The position numbers and the translations under genes are program-made. From contig SFLA01000001.1 in NCBI GenBank assembly GCA_004553575.1, positions 30,521 through 94,520 of the forward strand: a stretch of DNA of 64,000 bases, written 5' to 3'. Numbering within the stretch: position 1 is the first letter of the stretch; every line of letters starts with the position of its first letter. The stretch is from Clostridiales bacterium (lineage in GTDB: Bacteria; Bacillota; Clostridia; Oscillospirales; CAG-382). The notes under the pieces are model-generated. The model was not told the origin of the DNA and made no database searches. It saw only the letters and a program-made list of their open reading frames with translations. This document shows, in pieces, positions 27,153-38,573 of this stretch.

Positions 27153-29536
27153 AAAAACTTTTATCCGCAATACTTTTAACCGCAATTATCGGAGGAATTC
27201 TTATGACCGGCTGCAGCAATACCGGAAAAACCGTTAACGCCGCCCTCGGGGCTCCCTGCTTCACCGGAAGCGGATGCGTATACGAGGGCAGTCTGTCCGC
27301 GATTACCGACGGAAACGAAAAAACCTCCGCCGTTATCCGCCCCGACCCGGATTACGCATCCGAGCTGACCTTCGGCGATTGGTACGGAAATTCGCATACC
27401 GAGGCGCTTCCCGCAGGAAGAATTGCCGTCACCGTCGATCTCGGCTTTATCACCGCCGCGGAGAAGATAACCGTAACCGGCGAATATTCCGGAGCCGTAA
27501 AGGTTTATCTGTCCGACGACGGATACAATTTCACAAAATATCTCGGTGAATTCGGCGAAAAGACCATACCGGTCAATTCGGATGTCAAGGCGGTAATGCT
27601 TACCTTCGAATCCGGCGAAATCACTTTAAGCGAAATCGCGGTTACCGGAATCCGTACCGCCGAGAAGGTGCTGCTGTCGTCCGGCTGTTCGTATGAGTGG
27701 GAGGGCACCCGAATGACCGCTTACTCGGATGCCGGCACCGAGCTTACCGACGGTATATACTTTGAGAAGAACGACGATGAAAACACCGATGCGCTTTCCG
27801 GCCGCACCTCTCACGAGGAGGACGGGCTGACCGGAAAATACGGCAATGTTATAACCGTCGATCTCGGAAGTATAAAGAACGTGTCCGAAGTGTCCTTCGG
27901 CGCATATCTCGCACGGGGCGGAAAATCGCTCGTTCCCGACCGCATTGACGTAAGATATTCGGCTGACGGAGAAGCCTGGACGGATTTCGGGCAGAGCTTT
28001 CTGGTTTCGCGCTCCGGGGCGTCCGAGGATTGCTCAAACCGTTATTTCGTAACACGCGCATATACGGTCGAGGCAAGATACATAAGAATCTTCACTTATG
28101 CAGACGGACTTTTCTGCACCGATGAAATCGAGATTTACGGCTGCAAAACCGCGGTGGCCGAGCCCGGATACAGCCGCCCCGCCGCCGTCGAAAGCCTTAC
28201 CGACACCGCCGCCGGCTGCGAAGCGCTGATCAACGGCACCCCCGCCTCCGCGCTTACGGATCTGATCTTCACTGCCGGAGTTCCCGCCGGAGGCAGTTCG
28301 ACCGTTAAAATCAACCTCGGAAAGACTACCGGTATAACCGGAGTCTGTGTAGTATGCGACGGCGAAATAACGGGAATATCCTCAGCCGCGGAGGGCAAAG
28401 CCCTTTACACCGAGGCGGCGGGAATATACACCGCCTACCTGCTGTTCGGCGAAGCCGTAACCGCCGACGAAATAGAGATATCCTTCAACTGCAGCGGAAA
28501 CGTGCTTGAGGCGGAGGCGTTCTCCGGCGCCGCACAGCTTCCCGCAGTGAGCGGCGGATTCTTCCAGCTACCCACCAACGGAGGCGGTAACGTCGCCGCG
28601 CAGAACAGCGAATACAGCTGGTTCCTGCAGCTCAAGGGAATGCACGATCTCGGAATGAGCGTGGTTGTAATACAGTATTCCACCCACTTTATTGCCAAAA
28701 CGACCCTTATAAACGGCAGGCATCTTGCCGACGCAGGATACACCTACACGGCGACCTACGGCTGTGAGGACGTTTGCCGGGCGGTGCTCGACGCCGCGGC
28801 GAAGCTCGGAATGAAGGTATATATCGGCACAATACACGACGCCGATTTCACCGATCCTGCGGCAAACACCGCTCAGTACAAAGCGATAGTCGAGGATTCA
28901 AAAGCGTCGATAAACGACATTTACGAGCTTTATTCCTCGCACCCGGCGTTCGGCGGCTATTACCTGTCCGACGAGACCTGTGATCACTGGCTCAACCTGA
29001 ACGGCGGAGTCGAGGCATGCCGATCGGTATACGAGGGGCAGTCCGAATACATCCGCTCGATCGACGGCGACGCTTCGATAATGATCGCCCCCGCAATCTG
29101 GCGTTCCGGCGATCCCGCTGCCGGTGCGGACAATCTGTACGAAATGCTTAAGCCGTCCGAGGAAGGCGGTAAGCCGGTGGTCGACATCGTCGCCGTGCAG
29201 GACTGCCTCGGCAGAGAGCTTTCGCTTACGGTAAGCGACGAGGCTTACTCCGCATGGCTCGAACGCTGCGAGCTCTGGGCAAAGGCGATAAGAAAAGCGG
29301 GAGCCGAGTTCTGGCACGACGCCGAGGTGTTCGAAATCACCTCAACCTCAAAGCGCTTCCCGGAGATAAAAAAATCGCTTGCGCTCCAGGCGCCGATATC
29401 CGGCGGGATAATCGTCTTTGATATTCCGCACTACTTCTCTCCCTGCCCCATGACCGGGATAAACGATCCGTACGGCGATTACAAGCGCCGCATTATGACG
29501 GAATATATCGAGTATTATTCGTCGCTCACCGAATAA
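27149..29536 (+). CDS. lipoprotein with discoidin (F5/8 type C)-like domains and a C-terminal DUF4434-like glycoside-hydrolase-type domain
   Basis: ATG 27149 overlaps the upstream stop (ATGA). Lipobox ILMTGC. Two regions resemble carbohydrate-binding discoidin domains (..ITDGNEKT.., ..LTDGIYFE..). C-terminal ~330 aa (WFLQLKGMHDLGMSVVVIQYS...) resemble DUF4434. Domain calls are from memory of these families. Confidence 0.5.
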   Translation: MKKLLSAILLTAIIGGILMTGCSNTGKTVNAALGAPCFTGSGCVYEGSLSAITDGNEKTSAVIRPDPDYASELTFGDWYGNSHTEALPAGRIAVTVDLGFITAAEKITVTGEYSGAVKVYLSDDGYNFTKYLGEFGEKTIPVNSDVKAVMLTFESGEITLSEIAVTGIRTAEKVLLSSGCSYEWEGTRMTAYSDAGTELTDGIYFEKNDDENTDALSGRTSHEEDGLTGKYGNVITVDLGSIKNVSEVSFGAYLARGGKSLVPDRIDVRYSADGEAWTDFGQSFLVSRSGASEDCSNRYFVTRAYTVEARYIRIFTYADGLFCTDEIEIYGCKTAVAEPGYSRPAAVESLTDTAAGCEALINGTPASALTDLIFTAGVPAGGSSTVKINLGKTTGITGVCVVCDGEITGISSAAEGKALYTEAAGIYTAYLLFGEAVTADEIEISFNCSGNVLEAEAFSGAAQLPAVSGGFFQLPTNGGGNVAAQNSEYSWFLQLKGMHDLGMSVVVIQYSTHFIAKTTLINGRHLADAGYTYTATYGCEDVCRAVLDAAAKLGMKVYIGTIHDADFTDPAANTAQYKAIVEDSKASINDIYELYSSHPAFGGYYLSDETCDHWLNLNGGVEACRSVYEGQSEYIRSIDGDASIMIAPAIWRSGDPAAGADNLYEMLKPSEEGGKPVVDIVAVQDCLGRELSLTVSDEAYSAWLERCELWAKAIRKAGAEFWHDAEVFEITSTSKRFPEIKKSLALQAPISGGIIVFDIPHYFSPCPMTGINDPYGDYKRRIMTEYIEYYSSLTE

Positions 29537-29551
29537 ACCCGCAAAACGACG

Positions 29552-29596
29552 CCCGCCGCGTAAAGCCTTTAACGGCTCTCCGCGGCGGAGTTTTTA
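29552..29596 (+). terminator. rho-independent terminator of the 16.3-29.6 kb operon
   Basis: CCGCCGCG-taa-AGCC-tttaac-GGCT-ctc-CGCGGCGG followed by AGTTTTT. Confidence 0.6.
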
Positions 29597-29644
29597 TAAC
29601 TTTGTCTTTCGCGGCTTCAGCAGGAGCGGCCTTATTCAAAGCTT

Positions 29645-31651
29645 TTACCGACTCCTTTTCCGCCCTTTATCCTTAACAAACCATCCCCTCGTAAAAGCTC
29701 CCTCCGGCGCGCGGTGCGTCAGATAAGCCTTTATCACCGGGAGCGGATCCTTTTCGGTGGTGAAAAACAGTATTTCCGCGTCCGCTCCGGTATCAAGATC
29801 GGTAAGCACGGTCGGAACGCTGTTGTATATAATGCTTCGGTGTCCGTATTCACGCATAACCGGGAAGGAGGCTCCTGTGCGGTCCGTAAGCAAAGCCGAA
29901 CAGCCTTTCCCGCAGCCCCGGTTTATGTTGCGTACAATACAGTTTTCGGTATGCATAAGCGGCTGTGCGCCGTATACGATATATTCCCGTGTAAGGCGGG
30001 TTTTTACTGCGCCGGGAAAGCTTTCGGGCGACACGCATATGCTCGAAAACCCGTTTGCATCGGCTGTGGCCGCAGAAAGCGAATTGGTTATGTTAAGCGT
30101 GTAGTCGCCGTGGAGTATCATACCCCGGCAGAGCCGCAGCATACCGATTCCCGGCACGGTCGCGTGGTTTACTCCGATCTCCCGCACCCTTTCCAGCATT
30201 TCCGAAACTCGTTCCTCCTCGGAACCGAACACGGTGCGCGGAAGCACTGCGGAGATACGGGAAGCATGCTCCGCGGCGTACGGCAGGCTATCGATTTCCC
30301 AGAGCGGGAGATCGATACGGTCAGCGTATTCAAACCCTGAGTCGGTGCGGGGCGCGTGCGCGAACCGAAGCACGGTTTTCCCTTTCCATACCTCCGCTCC
30401 CTTTCCGTAATCCGGTATCAAACAGCTCCCGGCGGGACGGTTCTTTTCCAGAAGCGCGGCGGAAAGCGAAGAGAGCGCGGCACGCCGGAGCGAATTTACC
30501 TCCGAAGCCCGCACGAATATACCGTTTTCCGACGTTACCGTAACTTCTTCTGCCGTAAATCCGCTTTCCCCGGTGCGGGACAGACGGGAAACGAGCTCCT
30601 CGCTGTCGGTTCCCTTTCCGGTTGCGGGGAGCGGAGATGCGCCGGCAACCGTTACCGTAACCCCGCCCGCCGAGGCGGTCAGCGACGATCCGGAAAGCGA
30701 AAAACTTCCGTGCATATTCACCGGGATATCCGGCAGCGGAGCGGGAGGCGGAGATGAGCGTGAAAGCTCCTTGTCGTGTTCGGAGCGTATACCGAACATA
30801 CCGGCGCCCGTGTTCCCGGTATAATACCCGTCGCTGAACCCCCCGCGTGAAAACAGCGCGGCAAGCCGGCTCATTTCGTCCGCAGAGGCGGCGCGGTGAC
30901 CGTCAATAAGGCGGCGGTATATGTCGGTAACTCCGTAAACGTATTCCGGAGACTTCATTCTTCCTTCGATTTTGAACGAACACACACCCATATCCATAAG
31001 CTCGGGTATATGCGGAGCGAGGCACATGTCCTTAAGCGAAAGCGGGTAGCCGTTCCCGTATGCAAGCCGGCAGGGCTGTGCGCATTCGCCGCGGTTGCCG
31101 CTGCGCTTCCCGATAAACGATGACATAAGGCAGCCTCCGCTCTGCGAAACGCATACCGCTCCGTGAATGAACACTTCCGTTTCGATTCCGGTTTCCGCGC
31201 ATTTCTTTATCTCGTCCCTGCCGCATTCTCGCGCCATTACCACCCGGTCGAACCCGAGCGAGCGGGCGGCAACGGCTCCCGCGGCGGAATGAATGCACGC
31301 CTGCGTCGATGCGTGCAGCACCGAATCCGGCCGCAGCTCCTTTATAAGTCTTGCCAGCCCGAGATCCTGCACTATAAACGCGTCGCAGTATCCGGCGTCC
31401 CAGACGGAGGCGGCCAGTTCTGCCAGCTCGCGCACGGTACGGTCGGTTGCAAGTATGTTGAGCGTAAGATACAGCTTTTTGCCGCGCAGATGAAGCTTCC
31501 CGGATGCCGCTTCAAGCCCTTCGGTATCGAAGTTTTCGGCGAAGGCGCGTGCGCCTCCCCTGCGGAGCCCGAGATATACCGCGTCTGCGCCTCCGGCTAT
31601 CGCCGCATCGAGCGCGGCCATGCTCCCGGCGGGAGAAAGCAGCTCTGCCAT
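29645..31651 (-). CDS. U32-family peptidase (PrtC/collagenase-like), long form
   Basis: N-terminus MAELLSPAGSMAALDAAIAGGADAVYLG, conserved E.F.HGA.C...SG.C (EVFIHGAVCVSQSGGC). Start taken at ATG 31651, preceded by a GAGGTG RBS. Confidence 0.8.
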   Translation of the reverse strand: MAELLSPAGSMAALDAAIAGGADAVYLGLRRGGARAFAENFDTEGLEAASGKLHLRGKKLYLTLNILATDRTVRELAELAASVWDAGYCDAFIVQDLGLARLIKELRPDSVLHASTQACIHSAAGAVAARSLGFDRVVMARECGRDEIKKCAETGIETEVFIHGAVCVSQSGGCLMSSFIGKRSGNRGECAQPCRLAYGNGYPLSLKDMCLAPHIPELMDMGVCSFKIEGRMKSPEYVYGVTDIYRRLIDGHRAASADEMSRLAALFSRGGFSDGYYTGNTGAGMFGIRSEHDKELSRSSPPPAPLPDIPVNMHGSFSLSGSSLTASAGGVTVTVAGASPLPATGKGTDSEELVSRLSRTGESGFTAEEVTVTSENGIFVRASEVNSLRRAALSSLSAALLEKNRPAGSCLIPDYGKGAEVWKGKTVLRFAHAPRTDSGFEYADRIDLPLWEIDSLPYAAEHASRISAVLPRTVFGSEEERVSEMLERVREIGVNHATVPGIGMLRLCRGMILHGDYTLNITNSLSAATADANGFSSICVSPESFPGAVKTRLTREYIVYGAQPLMHTENCIVRNINRGCGKGCSALLTDRTGASFPVMREYGHRSIIYNSVPTVLTDLDTGADAEILFFTTEKDPLPVIKAYLTHRAPEGAFTRGWFVKDKGRKRSR

Positions 31652-31689
31652 ACACACACCTCGCAATCAAAAAATCGTTCTTTCACGTG

Positions 31690-31719
31690 ATTATATCTCA
31701 CCCCGCTCCGCTTTGTCAA
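31690..31719 (-). promoter_or_regulatory. sigma-70-type promoter for the U32 peptidase gene
   Basis: On the minus strand: TTGACA (31719-31714), 18-nt spacer, TATAAT (31695-31690). Confidence 0.5.
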
Positions 31720-31721
31720 GG

Positions 31722-31750
31722 TTGACAAAGCTTGTGCGGAATGCTATAAT
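31722..31750 (+). promoter_or_regulatory. consensus sigma-70 promoter of the atp operon
   Basis: TTGACA (31722-31727), 17-nt spacer, TATAAT (31745-31750). Both hexamers match the consensus exactly. Confidence 0.7.
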
Positions 31751-31790
31751 GCTTACCGTCAACATGCCTGTTATATCGGGGGTTTATTGC

Positions 31791-32234
31791 ATGAAACTTT
31801 CTCCGGCGGTAAAGCAGACCACCGCGCTGACGGCCGTCGGTACGGCGGTATGCGCGGTGATAATGACCGTTGTCTATCTGCTTATCGGAAAATGGAATAC
31901 CCGGGTGCTGTTCGGCACGCTGCTCGGCAGTGCGGTCGCGGTGCTCAACTTCTTTCTTATGGCGGTATCCGTACAGCAGTCGGTCGAATGCGGCGACGCG
32001 GACAGCGCAAAAATTAAAATGCGTTCCTCTCGCATGACCCGTACGCTCATAATGACGGCGGCGGCTGTCGCCGCTTACTTTTTGAGCGGCGTTATCGATA
32101 TTATTCCCCTGCTTATATGTTATATTTTCCCGCGTGTGACCATAACCGCAAAGGCGGTTTTAGACCGGATATTCCGCCGCGACCGGTCCGATGCGGATAC
32201 GGATGTCGAAAATAATCAGGAAAAGGCAGATTAA
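31791..32234 (+). CDS. atpI: ATP synthase protein I-like small membrane protein
   Basis: 147 aa with four hydrophobic segments. First gene of the atp operon. ATG 31791; ORF-track start 31620 overlaps the divergent gene. Confidence 0.6.
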   Translation: MKLSPAVKQTTALTAVGTAVCAVIMTVVYLLIGKWNTRVLFGTLLGSAVAVLNFFLMAVSVQQSVECGDADSAKIKMRSSRMTRTLIMTAAAVAAYFLSGVIDIIPLLICYIFPRVTITAKAVLDRIFRRDRSDADTDVENNQEKAD

Positions 32235-32237
32235 ACA

Positions 32238-32978
32238 TTGGATATAAGTATAAACGGCGCCAGAATTCTGTTCATAATACCTATATTCGGCGGAATAACC
32301 GTTACCGAAACGCAGGTCAACAGCGTACTCGTGCTGATTCTCGTGTTCGCACTGTGTAAATTCCTTACCCACGATATGCGGGTGCGCGACATATCGAAGC
32401 GTCAGATTATAGCCGAATATATCGTAACAAAGGTGCAATCGCTCGTAGAGGCCAACATGGGCGGTAAGTTTATGAACTTCACCCCCTTCATCATAACGAT
32501 TCTGGCGGCTTCCGTCTTCTCGAGCTTTATATCGCTGATAGGTCTTTACCCGCCGACTGCGGATCTCAACACGCTTATCGGCTGGTCGCTGGCGGTATTT
32601 GTGCTTATAACCGCCCAGAAGATGAAGACCGGATTCTTCAGGTATCTGCGCGGATTTACCCGGCCATACGCCGTGCTTACTCCGTTCAACATAATAAGTG
32701 AAGTATCGACGCCGGTATCGATGGCGTTCCGTCATTTCGGCAATACCACCTCCGGAGTCGTAATATCGACAATGCTTTATGCGGCGCTCGCGGTGCTTTC
32801 CAACCTGCTGCTCGGCTGGCTGCCGGGTGCTCTCGGAAGCATACCGTTGCTTCAGGTCGGGCTTCCCGCAGTGTTTTCAATCTACTTCGATCTGTTCAGC
32901 GGCTGTCTTCAGGCGTTCCTGTTCGCAATGCTGACCATGCTGTATATAGCGACTGCCGACCCGACCGCGGAGCAGTGA
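32238..32978 (+). CDS. atpB: F0 ATP synthase subunit a
   Basis: TTG start. Polytopic. Conserved ...SMAFRHFGNTTSGVV... (essential Arg) near the C-terminal helices. Confidence 0.9.
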   Translation: MDISINGARILFIIPIFGGITVTETQVNSVLVLILVFALCKFLTHDMRVRDISKRQIIAEYIVTKVQSLVEANMGGKFMNFTPFIITILAASVFSSFISLIGLYPPTADLNTLIGWSLAVFVLITAQKMKTGFFRYLRGFTRPYAVLTPFNIISEVSTPVSMAFRHFGNTTSGVVISTMLYAALAVLSNLLLGWLPGALGSIPLLQVGLPAVFSIYFDLFSGCLQAFLFAMLTMLYIATADPTAEQ

Positions 32979-33003
32979 GACGTTAAAACTTAAAAGATAT
33001 TAA

Positions 33004-33291
<288 letters not shown>

Positions 33292-33330
33292 TAACTCAAA
33301 GCCGCAATTCCCGAAAGGGGGAAATAACGA

Positions 33331-33858
33331 ATGAGCATCGGTGAATATCTCCAGCTCATCTCTATTGATCCGTGGCATATCGCCGCATCGGTACTGAATC
33401 TTATAATTCTGTTCTTCATAGTAAAGCGGTTTCTTTACAAGCCGGTGGTAAAAATACTGAACGAGCGTAATCAGCAGGTTCGGGACATTTACTCCGACGC
33501 CGAGAAGGCGCGTGCCGACGCGGAGCACGACAAGGCGGAGTACTCCGCCGCGCTCGCTTCGGCTCATGAAAAGAGCGCGGAGATTGTTCGCGCCGCTTCG
33601 GAAGAAGCCAGAAAGAGCGGCGAGGAGATTATCGCCGGCGCAAAGACCGAGGCGGACAGGCTGCGCCGCAAGGCGGACGAGGACATAGCGAACGAGCGCC
33701 GCAAGGCGGTAAGCGAGCTTAAAGGCGAAATCGGAAGTCTTTCGGTCGAGCTTGCCGGTAAGGTTATAGACCGCGAAATCAATCCCGAAGATCACAAGCG
33801 TCTGGTTGACGACTTCATAGACGGGCTCGGTGACGGCAATGACGACGAGAGCCGATAA
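33331..33858 (+). CDS. atpF: F0 ATP synthase subunit b
   Basis: Single N-terminal TM followed by a long charged helix rich in A/E/K/R. Operon position fits. Confidence 0.85.
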   Translation: MSIGEYLQLISIDPWHIAASVLNLIILFFIVKRFLYKPVVKILNERNQQVRDIYSDAEKARADAEHDKAEYSAALASAHEKSAEIVRAASEEARKSGEEIIAGAKTEADRLRRKADEDIANERRKAVSELKGEIGSLSVELAGKVIDREINPEDHKRLVDDFIDGLGDGNDDESR

Positions 33859-34390
33859 GGAGTACGGCGGAGCGCTGTACGCACTCGCACGGGAGGAAGG
33901 GCTGGAAGATTCAATACTTGCCGACTGCGGGCTGATATCGGCAATGCTGCGCGAGAATCCCGACTATGTTAAGCTGATGTCCGCGCCGGGCATACCGACT
34001 GAGCGTAAGATCGCTCTTATCGAAAAGGCTTTTGCGGAATCGGTCACACCGTATACCATGAATTTCCTGTCGCTGCTTGTATCGCGCGGGAGGTTTTATT
34101 GCTGTGCGGGCAGCCTTGATGAATTCCGCAGACTGTACGACGGGGAGCACGATATCGTTACCGCATATGCGGCGTCGGCAGAGCCGATAACGCCGGAGCA
34201 GGAGGAAGCGCTTGTAAAGAGCCTCGAAAAGCGCACCGGAAAGAGAATCCGGCTCGAAAAGCGCACAGATCCGTCTCTTATCGGCGGAATGACCGTAAAG
34301 TGCGGCGAAAGACTGTACGACGGTTCTGTCCGCGGACGGATAGAGAATATTAAAAATGCAATTACTTCACGGGAGGGTGTGGATAAGTGA
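33830..34390 (+). CDS. atpH: F1 ATP synthase subunit delta (OSCP)
   Basis: [13 protein letters not shown] start region and ...[25 protein letters not shown] end typical of delta. The start could be 33830 or 33839; either overlaps atpF. Confidence 0.85.
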   Translation: MTAMTTRADKEYGGALYALAREEGLEDSILADCGLISAMLRENPDYVKLMSAPGIPTERKIALIEKAFAESVTPYTMNFLSLLVSRGRFYCCAGSLDEFRRLYDGEHDIVTAYAASAEPITPEQEEALVKSLEKRTGKRIRLEKRTDPSLIGGMTVKCGERLYDGSVRGRIENIKNAITSREGVDK

Positions 34391-35895
34391 ATCTGAACCC
34401 CGGAGAAATAAGCGGAATAATTAAGCAGGAAATAAAGAATTACCGCAACGAAATCGAACAGGCCGAGGTCGGCACCGTGATTACGGTCGGCGACGGCATT
34501 GCACACGCATGCGGGCTCGAAAAGTGTATGGCAAACGAGCTGCTCGAATTCGACGACGGCTCCTTCGGCATCGCCTTCAACCTCGAGGAACGCACTGTTT
34601 CGATAATTATGCTGTCCTCGGCGTCCGACGTTAAGGAAGGATCAACAGTTAAGCGCACGGGAAGAGTCGTTTCGGTTCCGGTCGGCGAGGGACTGCTCGG
34701 ACGTGTCGTTGACGCGCTGGGACAGCCGATCGACGGCAAGGGCCCGATAAGCTATTCCGGGTCGCGCCCCATCGAATCCGAAGCGCCGGGAATTATAAAA
34801 CGTCAGAAGGTTTCCGTGCCGCTTCAGACCGGAATAAAGGCGATCGACAGTATGATACCGATCGGACGCGGTCAGCGAGAGCTGATTATCGGAGACCGCC
34901 AAACGGGAAAAACGGCGATAGCCGTTGATGCCATACTGAACCAGAAGGATACCGGCGTTATATGCATATACGTTGCGATCGGTCAGAAGAGCTCGACCGT
35001 CGCCCAGCTCGTCGAAACTCTGACGGTATCCGGCGCGATGGATTACACCATCGTCGTATCGGCAACCGCTTCGGAGCCGGCGCCGCTGCTGTATATATCT
35101 CCGTATTCCGGCTGCGCAATGGCGGAATACTTCATGGAGCAGGGCAAGGACGTGCTTATAGTGTACGACGACCTTTCCAAGCACGCCGTTGCATACCGCG
35201 CGCTTTCGCTGCTTATCCGACGCCCGCCGGGACGCGAAGCGTTCCCCGGAGACGTGTTTTATCTTCATTCCCGTCTGCTCGAGCGGGCTGCCAGAGTATC
35301 GCCCGAATACGGCGGCGGAAGCATTACCGCTCTCCCGATAATCGAAACCCAGGCGGGCGACGTTTCCGCATATATACCGACCAACGTTATATCCATTACC
35401 GACGGCCAGATATTCCTCGAAACGGAGCTGTTCCATTCCGGAATACTTCCCGCGGTAAACCCGGGAATATCCGTAAGCCGTGTCGGCGGCGACGCCCAGA
35501 TAAAGGCGATGAAAAAGGTCGCCGGGACCTTAAAACTTATATACTCGCAGTATCTCGAGCTGAAGAGCTTTGCACAGTTCGGGTCCGATCTCGACCAGGA
35601 CACCCGCGACAGGCTCGCGGCAGGCGAACGAATAGTCGAGGTGCTTAAGCAGGATAAGCATTCGCCGGTGGCGGTCGAATACCAGGTAGCGATAATCTAT
35701 GCGGCGACACACGGATATCTCCGCGATGTCGCGGTAGAGGACGTACGCCGTTACGAAAGCGGGCTGTACCCCTTCCTCGATGCCTCCTGTCCGGAGCTGC
35801 TCCGCAATATACGCGGCACCGGAAATCTGTCCGATGAGGACGTGGCGCTGCTGGAAGAGGCTCTGGACAGATATACACAGAATTTTATCGCGTAA
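34387..35895 (+). CDS. atpA: F1 ATP synthase subunit alpha
   Basis: GTG start overlapping the atpH stop (GTGA). Walker A GDRQTGKT; conserved alpha-subunit blocks throughout. Confidence 0.95.
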   Translation: MNLNPGEISGIIKQEIKNYRNEIEQAEVGTVITVGDGIAHACGLEKCMANELLEFDDGSFGIAFNLEERTVSIIMLSSASDVKEGSTVKRTGRVVSVPVGEGLLGRVVDALGQPIDGKGPISYSGSRPIESEAPGIIKRQKVSVPLQTGIKAIDSMIPIGRGQRELIIGDRQTGKTAIAVDAILNQKDTGVICIYVAIGQKSSTVAQLVETLTVSGAMDYTIVVSATASEPAPLLYISPYSGCAMAEYFMEQGKDVLIVYDDLSKHAVAYRALSLLIRRPPGREAFPGDVFYLHSRLLERAARVSPEYGGGSITALPIIETQAGDVSAYIPTNVISITDGQIFLETELFHSGILPAVNPGISVSRVGGDAQIKAMKKVAGTLKLIYSQYLELKSFAQFGSDLDQDTRDRLAAGERIVEVLKQDKHSPVAVEYQVAIIYAATHGYLRDVAVEDVRRYESGLYPFLDASCPELLRNIRGTGNLSDEDVALLEEALDRYTQNFIA

Positions 35896-35913
35896 AAGTG
35901 TGGTGAAAACGGC

Positions 35914-36756
35914 GTGGGTATTAACGAAAAAGCGCTGAAAAACCGAATAAAAACGGTCGGCGCGACCATGCACATCACAAAGGCGATGGAGCTTGTGGCG
36001 GCGTCCAAGCTGAGAAAGGCCACCGAGCGCATGCAGGGCGCGAGAGCGTTCTCGCACGAGCTGGAAGAAGCGTTTTCCGCGCTGATTAAACGGAATTCCG
36101 AAACCGATTCGGTTTTTCTCCGCCCCGGAAGCTCGGATTCAACCTGCTTCGTGGTAATTGCGGGAGACCGCGGTCTTGCCGGAGGCTACAACTCCAATAT
36201 CTTCCGGCTGGCGGAAAGCGTACCGCACGGCGACAGGATTATACTTCCCATAGGCAAAAAAGCCTGCGAGCATTTCGCGGCACGCGGAGACACGCTGCTT
36301 ACAGACAAATATTCGCTTATCGGCGAGGTCACGCTTGCCGACTGCGGCGATATCGGACGGCTGCTGGCGGAAGGATTCCGCAGCGGAGCGTTCGGAGAGG
36401 TATATATAATTCATACCCGGTTCCGCTCGCTGCTTTCCCAAATTCCCTCGTCCGACCGGCTGCTTCCGCTTACCGTAAAGGAAAGCGAAACGCCGGAAAA
36501 GGGATTCGTGCTGTACGAGCCTGACAGCGTTTCCGTGTTTGAATCGATAGTGCCGGAATATCTCGGCGGCGTCGTTTACGGCGGAATATGCGAATCCTTT
36601 GTGTGCGAAAACGCCGCACGGCGCATGGCAATGGACGCGGCAACCCGCAACGCGACCGATATGATAGATTCGCTCACCCTGAAATACAACCGGGCGCGGC
36701 AGGCGTCCATAACCCAGGAGATCACCGAGATTATCGGCGGCGCGGGCGAAAACTGA
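35914..36756 (+). CDS. atpG: F1 ATP synthase subunit gamma
   Basis: GTG start. N-terminal ...ITKAMELVAASKLRKA and C-terminal ...YNRARQASITQEITEIIGGA helices. Confidence 0.9.
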   Translation: MGINEKALKNRIKTVGATMHITKAMELVAASKLRKATERMQGARAFSHELEEAFSALIKRNSETDSVFLRPGSSDSTCFVVIAGDRGLAGGYNSNIFRLAESVPHGDRIILPIGKKACEHFAARGDTLLTDKYSLIGEVTLADCGDIGRLLAEGFRSGAFGEVYIIHTRFRSLLSQIPSSDRLLPLTVKESETPEKGFVLYEPDSVSVFESIVPEYLGGVVYGGICESFVCENAARRMAMDAATRNATDMIDSLTLKYNRARQASITQEITEIIGGAGEN

Positions 36757-38432
<1,676 letters not shown>

Positions 38433-38450
38433 AATATATACAAAACAATT

Positions 38451-38477
38451 CCGCCCGCACGCATGCGGGCGGTTTTA
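38451..38477. terminator. atp operon terminator (usable in both directions)
   Basis: CCGCCCGCA-cgcA-TGCGGGCGG followed by TTTTA. The opposite strand also has a T-rich tract after the hairpin. Confidence 0.75.
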
Positions 38478-38531
38478 TCTGCAGAATACCATGTCAGCCG
38501 CGGGATTCTTCCGCTGTCGAACAGAATAACT

Positions 38532-38566
38532 GCGGGCGGCACCGTAAATGCCGCCCGCTTTTGTTT
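38532..38566 (+). terminator. second hairpin plus T-run downstream of the atp operon
   Basis: GCGGGCGGCA-ccgtaaa-TGCCGCCCGC followed by TTTTGTTTG. Confidence 0.55.
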
Positions 38567-38573
38567 GCGTAAA

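Noticed and set aside
38451-38566. Two hairpins sharing a GCGGGCGG core about 80 nt apart, considered as copies of a REP-like or miniature repeat element.
   Set aside because: - Only the 8-9-nt GC core is shared, and the loops and flanks differ.
- Both are followed by T-runs and are adequately explained as tandem terminators between convergent transcription units.
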